The notes below the pieces were generated by a model. That model was not told the DNA's origin and searched no databases. It worked only from the letters and a program-made list of their open reading frames with translations. A stretch of 57,228 bases of DNA, filler included, from Stramenopiles sp. TOSAG23-3 (Eukaryota), in assembly GCA_900128585.1 (NCBI GenBank). It is 6 parts of 6 records of this genome, joined end to end, with 100 filler letters (N's around TTAATTAATTAA, not from the genome) between each part and the next. Parts side by side here need not be neighbours in the genome. Positions count along the whole stretch, not along the records: positions 34,291 to 51,319 come from LT642466.1; positions 51,420 to 53,290 come from LT645299.1; positions 53,391 to 55,260 come from LT645300.1; positions 55,361 to 57,228 come from LT645301.1; 2 more parts are not named here. One strand, given 5' to 3'. How positions within the stretch are numbered: position 1 is the stretch's first letter; each line of letters begins with the position of its first letter. The position numbers and the translations under genes are program-made. Positions 49,198 through 57,228 of this stretch are shown here, one piece after another.

Positions 49198-49923
49198 ATG
49201 GCGCCACGGCCTGGTACAATCCACGTAAAGAAGCTGCTGAAAGAATCCTCAAAGGCGGTCTGGTTGAAAGCTCTAGAGAGGTATCCAGATGCCATCAAGG
49301 CAAAAGCAAAGACACTGAAAGGGGGGAAAACTGGCGGCCGCAGCCCTGCCAAGGCACTGATTGAAAACGATAAGTGGTGGAGAACAGATTTTGGTCCGAT
49401 TATGAAGAGGCAAGGCCACGTTACGAAAGAGCAGCTAGTGCGACTAATGGAGTGGAAGCTTAGCCATGGAAAAATGAGATTTTCGCTGATGAAAGGTGTG
49501 CAGGGGAATTCCGCGGATAGTGTTCTGTCGTGCTCGACCCAGGCGTTAAAGATTGCTGAAAAAGGATCCGTGAAGGACGCCGTAAACGCTTTTTGTAAAC
49601 TAAGATATGTTGGCCCTGCAACGGCATCCGGAATACTCTCTGCGTACGACCCTTCGAAATTCTGCATGATGAGCGATGAACCTTTAGAAGCGATTATGGG
49701 CGATCGGAAATATACGTTGAAATACTACCTGGAATACAACGAGGCTATGCTAGCCGTGGCTGCAAAACTAAGTATGAGGGTGGAAGAAGCGGAAATGGCG
49801 TGCTACTCTGCCGCGTGGTTGGGGTTCAAGGAAGCCATCGGGGGTGCTGAAAGCGGGAAAAAAAAGAGGCCAAGTCCAGTAGACGAGAGTAGCGGCAACG
49901 AGAAGAAAAAACGTAGAAAGTAG
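49198..49923 (+). CDS. Amun-like helix-hairpin-helix (DNA glycosylase-like fold) nuclear protein
   Basis: HVTKEQLVRLMEWKLSHGKMR..LM..VQGNS, LRYVGPATASGILS, MSDE and KYTLKYY. C-terminal bipartite NLS-like KKKRP...KKKRRK. First ATG at 49198. Confidence 0.78.
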   Translation: MAPRPGTIHVKKLLKESSKAVWLKALERYPDAIKAKAKTLKGGKTGGRSPAKALIENDKWWRTDFGPIMKRQGHVTKEQLVRLMEWKLSHGKMRFSLMKGVQGNSADSVLSCSTQALKIAEKGSVKDAVNAFCKLRYVGPATASGILSAYDPSKFCMMSDEPLEAIMGDRKYTLKYYLEYNEAMLAVAAKLSMRVEEAEMACYSAAWLGFKEAIGGAESGKKKRPSPVDESSGNEKKKRRK

Positions 49924-50151
49924 CTCGAGGAGAGGCGTAGGAGTGCTTGTACAAAGAAAAATGTAAAAAGGAAAACGTTGAGATACACGCGCATAATGTA
50001 TATACTGGTTAATAAACTAATGTGCACGCACTTTTCGCGTAAGAGGTTTAAAGCTTTTATGATACAACCGCGAGTCAATATTTTGATCAGATGATATCGT
50101 AACTTATGATGTTGAGTAAACTTCTGAACTCATAGATGTCTTTTCATTTAA

Positions 50152-50187
50152 AAGATATGATATCATACGTTAAGATATGATATCATA
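50152..50187. repeat. Two 16-bp direct repeats (AAGATATGATATCATA), each containing the 12-bp palindrome TATGATATCATA
   Basis: Copies at 50152-50167 and 50172-50187, between convergent genes. Confidence 0.85.
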
Positions 50188-50247
50188 AATGAGATGCACA
50201 AAAGCAACATGGTGCGCGGGTGTTCAAGCTATCGTTTCAGTGCTTTC

Positions 50248-50910
50248 TCAAAGCTCTGTTTTTGGAGGCTCGCTGCCTTTCGGTCCTCCAAACTCGTCCC
50301 ATTGAATAAACCCATCGCCATTCTTGTCCTCATTTTGAAAGAGGCCATCTGGCATTTCCCGTTGGTGCTCATCCATGAACCACTGCGCAACTTCGTCTTC
50401 GGTGAGCTTTCCGTCTGGAGTCCCTTTTTCATCGATCTCGTTAAATATGTTCGGCTGGGGCTTCCCTTCCTTGATGCTCAAGCATTCCACTTCAAACTTG
50501 AGGGTGGCGCCTGCTGGGATTGAATCCCCCATGGCCCTATCCCCGTACCCAAGTTTTGCCGGAATCACGAGGGTACGCTTCTCGCCGACGCACATATCCA
50601 GCAACCCGTAGTCCCAGCCTTTAATGACTTGTCCAAGGCCTAACGTGAAGTGAAAGGACTCGCCGCGGTCCAGGCTAGAGTCAAACTTTGAACCCTTCTC
50701 CCCTGTTGGGGAAGACTCGTCAATCGTGCCTGTGTAGTGCATTTCCAATTCATCGCCACTCTTGGTCTTTCGATGCTCGTCGCAATTGTTTGGCCTGAAC
50801 TTCGAAGTGACCACCAAGCCGTCCTCTTCCCCTTTGTACTTCGCGAGAGCACCGGTGGCAATAAGCCCGAGCACGAGCAAAAGAAGTGTTGTGGAGGTAA
50901 AAAGCTTCAT
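50248..50910 (-). CDS. ER-resident FKBP-type peptidyl-prolyl isomerase with EF hands (FKBP7/14-like)
   Basis: Signal peptide. [42 protein letters not shown] hand [17 protein letters not shown]-like terminal KTEL. Confidence 0.95.
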   Translation of the reverse strand: MKLFTSTTLLLLVLGLIATGALAKYKGEEDGLVVTSKFRPNNCDEHRKTKSGDELEMHYTGTIDESSPTGEKGSKFDSSLDRGESFHFTLGLGQVIKGWDYGLLDMCVGEKRTLVIPAKLGYGDRAMGDSIPAGATLKFEVECLSIKEGKPQPNIFNEIDEKGTPDGKLTEDEVAQWFMDEHQREMPDGLFQNEDKNGDGFIQWDEFGGPKGSEPPKTEL

Positions 50911-51288
50911 ATTGTACTATTTTTATTAAAACTGACAAAATACTGGTAGGCTGTTGTTGTGTTTGTTTGTGTTGTTTTGTTTTTTCTTCCGTTCAATACT
51001 TCTCTTTCTTTCTCTCTCGTCGTCGGCTACGAATATAATGTTTTCGTAGTAGTTGTTTACCAAAAGAAGAAGAAGGAGAAGATGATTATTGATGATGATT
51101 GATGAAAGAGAAGAAGAAGAAGAAGAAGAAGAAGAAGAAAACGATCAACAAACCAATAATACCGCTATTAAATGATCTAATAATCATCTAATAATAATTA
51201 TTTTTATTAGTATTTTATACTCGTAGTCGTCTGTCCATATTACATTGTAATGGTATTATATTATATTATTTCCTTCTTTCTTTCTTTG

Positions 51289-51319
<31 letters not shown>

Positions 51320-51419
51320 NNNNNNNNNNNNNNNNNNNNNNNNNNNNNNNNNNNNNNNNNNNNTTAATTAATTAANNNNNNNNNNNNNNNNNNNNNNNNN
51401 NNNNNNNNNNNNNNNNNNN
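51320..51419. other. Artificial contig linker
   Basis: 44 N + TTAATTAATTAA + 44 N. Confidence 0.99.
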
Positions 51420-52501
51420 GGGTTCCCATAATAATGCCAGCTGTAAAAAACGTTGTTCGACTTCTTGATCCAGTCAACTGTATCTTTATCAATTAGGATC
51501 CCTGCCCCAGCAAGTTTGGTCAACCAGGCAGGCAAAACGGCACCTTCGCCAGTGTCGGTTATGCTGACAGCCATATCTGGAATGATCGCTGTGATCGCTT
51601 CCGTCGCGGCACGCCATGTGTCAAACATAGCCTTTCTTCTGATACTCATTGGCTCGTTCATCAATTCGCACGCAACTGCCGATGGATGCCGTTTTGCCTC
51701 CATCGCCAACAGTTTCCAGTACTGCACGAAATAGTCGCGCCCCGGGCCTTCGTCGACAAGGTAATTCATTGTCGCTTGGGACATTGTGGTCCACCCAGTG
51801 GCCGCTGGGTTGGGACCGTTGATCGCTTGGCAGCACTCATTCAATAAATTGTAGTTTGGATCGCCTGCAAACTTTGCCCATTTCGTCTCGTTGTCTCCGC
51901 AATGGGAGTACCCGGCCAAATCTTCCACCCGAAGGGCCTTGTCCAAACTGTACGGGAACCCTGTTTTCAAAGGCTTCCCAAAGCTCTCTTTGCCGCTCGC
52001 CTTTACTTGAAACCATGTCGGAACGCCATTTCCACAGCCTTGCGACCCGGTCATATCCCCGTGCAGGTCAAGCACCACATAGAGTCCCATGCGATCGCAC
52101 AAGTCCAAGATTGCATGCAGCCTTTTTACAAAACCTTGGTCGAGAACGTTCTCCTCCGTCGGCTGGCCGCCAGCCCAAACGACACCGAGGCGTATGGTGT
52201 TCCAGCCCAGCGATTTGATATGTTTCACGTCAGCCTCGTTGAACGTTTCGCACGACGTGCAGTTCCCGTGGGCCGTGCATGCCGGATTTACGACATCATT
52301 GCAGATCGTGTCACCGCTAGTAGACGGCAAATATGGTGGCCCCTTTACCACAATGTTTGGGCCAGCCATCACAACGGTTTCGTTCGTTGACGCGAGGACA
52401 AAACGTTGCCCGTCCACCCTGACCGCCCGCGGCGCTGGCGCAGCTCCTACGAAACCCAAGGCATGTTGCACGAGGACATACAAGAAAAAGAAACGTTGCA
52501 T
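51420..52501 (-). CDS. Secreted glycoside hydrolase family 5, endoglycoceramidase-like (3' truncated)
   Basis: Signal peptide. NIVVKGPPYLP, GWNTIRLGVVWAG, VVLDLHGD, CGNGVPTW, acid/base ELMNEP and WHYY. Confidence 0.88.
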
Positions 52502-52675
52502 AATGTTCTCTTTTCCGTATTTAAATACAAATCCACTCTAAATTATTCTTCCCTTATGGGACTCAATTTTATTTCTCCGTTTTGTTCCTTCGTAAAATGT
52601 AGTTAAGGCGATGATATGCAAAAAACGATTTTCAAAATATAATAGAAATGATTTTGATTCTTTTATTATTTAGTA

Positions 52676-53185
52676 TTATTTTTTAATCAATTTGGTTGAT
52701 AAATTTGATATCAATACGACATCAGATTTTTCAATTAACTTTTTCAATATACCTTGACCTTTTTCATTCATTAAATCTAATACAATAGATTGCTTACCAC
52801 GCCCAGTATGGGCAAATAAACCGGCCATTCCAGTTGAAACTGCAGAACCAAGAAATCTGGCATGGTCTGGCAAATCAAGTGATTCGACATTAATAGTTTG
52901 TGCACCAAGATCACTTAGTATGGTGCCACATCCAGGTCCAGAGATACCATTTGATAAGTCTAAAACGACAATGTCCTTTAATGGTCCGATTGTTTTTTTA
53001 CGAACAATCCCACCATTTATTAAATAATTACGATATTGCAACATTCCAGACAAATACAACACAAAAGTAACAAACGATGCCCCATTGCCATATTTTCGTT
53101 TGAAATAATATGTTAAAGCAGATGCTAATAACGATGCAATGGTACGATTTCTAGTACCAAAATAGACGGATAATACTTGTCCCAT
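52676..53185 (-). pseudogene. Truncated family III CoA-transferase (CaiB/BaiF) ORF, AT-rich
   Basis: GPLKDIVVLDLS..ISGPGCG.ILSDLGA..INVES and RGKQSIVLDL..EKG...LKKLIEKSDVV, then a stop after about 100 domain residues. About 34% GC by hand count. Confidence 0.7.
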
Positions 53186-53290
53186 ATTGTTTTCAATGAA
53201 ATGATGGTGTTGCTTTTTCTGTTGTTTTGTTTTCTATGTTGTTCTATTTTGTATACATCTCGTATGCCGTCTTCTGCTTGAAAAAAAATA

Positions 53291-53390
53291 NNNNNNNNNN
53301 NNNNNNNNNNNNNNNNNNNNNNNNNNNNNNNNNNTTAATTAATTAANNNNNNNNNNNNNNNNNNNNNNNNNNNNNNNNNNNNNNNNNNNN
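53291..53390. other. Artificial contig linker
   Basis: 44 N + TTAATTAATTAA + 44 N. Confidence 0.99.
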
Positions 53391-55259
53391 TGTATTCTTT
53401 GTGCGATCCGTTGAGCGGATGCGCTCCCGGTGTCGCTTGGTTGCTGTATCGGACATCCCCGACTCTTGAGGGGATCCCAATTTGCCCACTGGTTTTCGTT
53501 TTGAATTACTCATATCGCTAACCAAGTCTTCAGCTTTCCGTTCCAAAACATCCAATGAAATATTTATGTTTTCTCGTCGTTGGGCGCGCGGTGGGGACGA
53601 TATTTTATTATCTACAAAGTACTCTGTTTTCCTTTCGTTAGATGGGGGTATTTGTATGTCGTTTTCGATTCGATTGTGTGTGGCAGCAGATTTCTTTTTC
53701 GGCCCTTTTCTCTTCTGTCCCCGCTTTTCGGTTTTATCGTTTGGACGTGCCTCGAACGTTTGTGGGCCTTCCAGATGTGGCTTTCGAAATTTAGGAGATC
53801 CCGGTCCACCCGAAACTTCACGGACGTGTGTCAGTTTGGGAGGGGTCGCGTCTCTTAGTTTGGTGAGTGCCATTGCGGTTTCTGATAATGCCGACGGGGA
53901 GTTCGATTTTGAACGGCGTTTTCGAAGCTTTGTTCTTCTTGGCGTAGGCCTGGCTTCGTATTCAAACGTGGAGTGGTTATTTTGCGAGGGTGGAGAGTCG
54001 TCTTTGGCATTCAGCGGCGCAGGTAGACCTACGGATTGGCTGACGGAGGAAATGCGAGGAGATTGGGGAGCATCGGGGATTTCGTCATTCGGTTTTTGAA
54101 AACTGTTGTCTCCCTCACTGTACGGACTATTGAGCTCCTTGAATGACGATATCATATCAATGTCCATCATACCGTCTTGCCGCGATCCCACATCGTCGAC
54201 GTGGCCCGATCTTCCATTTACTTCAATTCGTATATCCTCCCCAATAACGTCGTCGAATGTGCTATCAGTTCTGCCAGTGTAAACCTGTTCGGACGAAAGC
54301 TCATCTTCGTCATCGTCAATCCCAGAGTCTACTTCCACGTGGTTATTTCCCTGTTCGCTATGGACGCTTTGCCCACCACGGATGTTGATATTGGCGGCTT
54401 GTGGCGATCCATGTTTCGACAAGTCAATGGCTTTTCCTTCTGCGGCAGCTACAACAGCTGCTTCCACCAGATTTTTTGGGGTTGGGGGTTGGCTCATGTC
54501 AAACACAGACGACGAGCTACCAGCTGAGTTAGGAGACCATTGCTGCTCTGAGGAATTTGGGATCTGCAGTCCTGGGACAACGTTAGCACCCACGGCGTAA
54601 GGATTCGACGCCGATATTTGATGTGGGGGGCTTTCTGGCTGGTCCATCGCAATGTTTGCTGCAGCCGATGGCATGTTGAGTGAGGCACGCACTGGGGTAA
54701 TGGGCACAGCACGCGAGCGCTCTTCATTGGCCAAGATGCTTGGGGGACTTGTAGAGCCCAACCCGAATTTATCAACGGCGCTGCTTGACAGCTCACCGAT
54801 CGGGGTACGGCTTGACCCAGCCATGTTCCGGGTGTTTGATACGTACTGGTTAGAGCGGGGCCGACCAGGCCCGGTTCTGCGACCGCCAGTGGTGGGCCTT
54901 TGAGGAAAACTGGTTTTGGACAAATGACGAACTTGGGTTGCTGGAAGTTGTGTTACAAAAGGGTGAAGCAGCAACCTTGTGACATCAGGGCGCTTCAATG
55001 GATCGCGCTCGAAGCACAATCGTAAAAAATCATGACCATGAGCAGACAATGTGTCGGGAAACGGAGGCACAGTTTCTACGCACGCTATATGGTACATGAC
55101 CGTCACAGGGTTGCTGTACTGCGACCAAGGAGGTCTCCCTGTCGCCATTTCAATTATAGTACACCCGACGCTCCAAACATCGGCACGCCTCCACCCTTTG
55201 TCCGTCTGTTGTTCCTTGATAACTTCTGGGGCCATCCACAAGGGGGTCCCTTTCACCCC
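53391..55259 (-). CDS. STE11/MEKK-type MAP3K, internal fragment (kinase C-lobe plus disordered tail)
   Basis: KGTPLWMAPEVI..ADVWSVGCTIIEMATGRPPW..YHIA..DFLRLCFERDP.KRP...LL.HPF. Frame is open across the whole contig. Confidence 0.9.
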
Positions 55260-55260
55260 A

Positions 55261-55360
55261 NNNNNNNNNNNNNNNNNNNNNNNNNNNNNNNNNNNNNNNN
55301 NNNNTTAATTAATTAANNNNNNNNNNNNNNNNNNNNNNNNNNNNNNNNNNNNNNNNNNNN
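55261..55360. other. Artificial contig linker
   Basis: 44 N + TTAATTAATTAA + 44 N. Confidence 0.99.
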
Positions 55361-55565
55361 AACTATTATATATAATAATAAAAAAGAATATATAGTGACG
55401 ATAAATACTTGTCTACTTTCGGTTCGAAACTGTAAGTTAGGATTTTACATTCTGCATTCTTCATTCCAAAATGTTAAATTCTATTTCTGGGAAAGTTAGT
55501 AGGCTTTCTTTCCGAATTTTTGAACTCCCTGGGTGTTGTAGTAGGTAGTCGTGTCATAGCGCAGG

Positions 55566-57228
55566 ATGGTGTCGAGCCCGTTTTGCTTCTGCGTATTTAG
55601 GGGGAAAGAATGGAGAGGGGGCGTGCTAGGGCTTCTTCTGGTTGCGCTCGCATCGGTAGGCCTGTCCTTTAACATGGACAAGCGCACGTCTCCTTCATAC
55701 GTGACTCGGGAGACGCTCGTTGCTTTGGGAATTGAAAACGTTGATATTTCGGAGGGGGACTGCGCCATGCCAGACTTGCGGTGCAACCAACGGTACCTGG
55801 ACTTCAGGACCTGCCTTTCCAACGATTCCGTGAGAGAGTTGCCGACCGAACAGGAGAAGCGCAAGGCTTGTCATGATACAATAATGGCACTGAAAGCGTG
55901 CCGGTTGCTCTGTAGTGCAAGGGATTCCGAGAAGGCTTACAAATTTGACGACTACAGAGCGGTTTGGGGGAACGAGTCGCTGCGGTCCGAGGTGGATGGC
56001 CCGGTGTTTACGGAGGCCAGCTTTTACAGATCTCAGAGCAACCCCGGGAGAACCCTGTACTCTCGCTGCAGAAATTGTGGGCTGCAGAACGATAAGGTCC
56101 TTCTATTTTTGGACGAAAGCGAAGTGTCGGTGCAGTCCTTACGGGACAATGCACCCAGAGTGATTGCCAATTCGCGCCACACGGGTATAACGCCCGACAA
56201 GGACACCTGCCGGTACAAACCTGTTTTCAAGCTGTCCAGTACGGGCCGCCCAAGGTCCGTTTGCACGCGGCAGGTAAATATCCCCACGTTTGTCTTTTTT
56301 CTATGGAACATTCAGAATGTTTTTCACTTGTACGCGGACGCCGTTCTGCCCCTTATGCAAGTGCTCGGCAAGGTGTACGGACGAAACAGCACCCCCCGCG
56401 ACGTTATGCTCATCCTTCAACCCTGCCACCTGTGGCAAAGCTGTCGCCCTTACCGCATCTTGCGCGGAGACTTCGATCCATCAATGGACGGCCCATTGAA
56501 GATTCTCCAGCGAATTGTTGGGGGAAGAATTCCCGTGTTTTCAAAGTCGGAGGTCGATTTGCTGGACGGGGTGACGTGTTTCCAAGACATTCACATGGGG
56601 GTAGATCTGTCCACGACTGCCCTTGGGCGGGGGCTGACGCAGTCGGTTGTCAATGGCCCCGCGTCTGCACTGATTAATTTTGAGGAGAAATCGGCGCGGG
56701 ACATCCAGGATATTTACAGCATTTTCCAAGGCCAAAGGTGGGCAATGAAGCGCATTGTCGACATGTACCAGCTTCCCGCGTACGGGGGAATTTTTAACCC
56801 GTTGCCAGTCGCGAGCACGACAAGCCTGGCCGAGAGACGACCCAATATAGTGCTGGTCATACAGCGTAGGGCGTCAAGGACGTTCGAGAACCAGGCCGAA
56901 ATGAATCATATCGTGGACTCTGTGCTTGTGCAGAACAAGAAATCGTGGAATGGCAGTGACATGTATCGGTTCAACGTGCACCTGGAGGACATACCATTTA
57001 CGAAGCAACTTGGCTTGTTTCAAAACACTGCCGTGCTGGTGGTAGTCCACGGCCAGGCTGCTGCGAACTCCGTCTTTCTTCCCCAGGAACTGCAATCAAC
57101 CTTGCTTTTGATAATGCCAGAGGGCTGGTTTGGGTGGCGCTGGTTGTATGCAAACATGGCGATGTCGAGCGGGGTTCACGTGGTAATGTATCGCCGAAGG
57201 GACGATAGGGACACGGACGGGTACGATG
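55566..57228 (+). CDS. Glycosyltransferase family 61, type II membrane protein (3' truncated; absent from the ORF track)
   Basis: Hand translation from ATG 55566 gives MVSSPFCFCVFRGKEWRGGVLGLLLVALASVGL (TM), then NVFHLYADAVLPL, IQRRASRTFENQAE and LEDIPFTKQLGLFQNTAVLVVVHGQAAANSVFLP. No stop before the window end. Confidence 0.87.
   Translation, partial: MVSSPFCFCVFRGKEWRGGVLGLLLVALASVGLSFNMDKRTSPSYVTRETLVALGIENVDISEGDCAMPDLRCNQRYLDFRTCLSNDSVRELPTEQEKRKACHDTIMALKACRLLCSARDSEKAYKFDDYRAVWGNESLRSEVDGPVFTEASFYRSQSNPGRTLYSRCRNCGLQNDKVLLFLDESEVSVQSLRDNAPRVIANSRHTGITPDKDTCRYKPVFKLSSTGRPRSVCTRQVNIPTFVFFLWNIQNVFHLYADAVLPLMQVLGKVYGRNSTPRDVMLILQPCHLWQSCRPYRILRGDFDPSMDGPLKILQRIVGGRIPVFSKSEVDLLDGVTCFQDIHMGVDLSTTALGRGLTQSVVNGPASALINFEEKSARDIQDIYSIFQGQRWAMKRIVDMYQLPAYGGIFNPLPVASTTSLAERRPNIVLVIQRRASRTFENQAEMNHIVDSVLVQNKKSWNGSDMYRFNVHLEDIPFTKQLGLFQNTAVLVVVHGQAAANSVFLPQELQSTLLLIMPEGWFGWRWLYANMAMSSGVHVVMYRRRDDRDTDGYD

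Noticed and set aside
55421..55431. GGTTCGAAAC, resembling a tRNA T-loop or Pol III B box
   Set aside because: No cloverleaf stems or A box visible around it.
1..57228. Alternative genetic code or selenoprotein recoding
   Set aside because: TAA, TAG and TGA all end conserved proteins at expected positions, and no conserved domain in an intact gene contains an in-frame stop.
51420..57228. GH5 + CoA-transferase + kinase + GT61 as a glycolipid gene cluster
   Set aside because: They lie on three unrelated contigs joined by linkers.

Overview
Nuclear DNA of a unicellular eukaryote, not a prokaryote: NIMA and STE11-type kinases, JMJD6, WDR53, mitochondrial ACP and an ER FKBP are present. A protist single-cell or metagenome assembly is likely, but the lineage cannot be fixed by eye. 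The window is six contigs joined by artificial 100-bp spacers (44 N + TTAATTAATTAA + 44 N). The contigs are 1-17045, 17146-34190, 34291-51319, 51420-53290, 53391-55260 and 55361-57228, so neighbourhood across spacers is meaningless. About 23 coding regions are present, all apparently intronless. Most are roughly 50% GC and sit in very AT-rich, microsatellite-laden spacers. Standard genetic code. No rRNA, tRNA, CRISPR or transposon is supported. The most interesting items are unusual protein architectures: (1) a tail-anchored protein with DysF, Habc-like and one or two Q-SNARE-like motifs; (2) a probably secreted double-YHYH protein with degenerate cupredoxin-like repeats; (3) an 11x IPT/TIG-thioredoxin fusion; (4) a duplicated SRCR-like multipass receptor with RxL motifs and a SHOCT tail. 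Also notable are an AT-rich truncated CoA-transferase, a candidate FIRRM/FLIP homologue and a GT61 gene missing from the ORF track. All family calls are by motif recognition; no searches were run.
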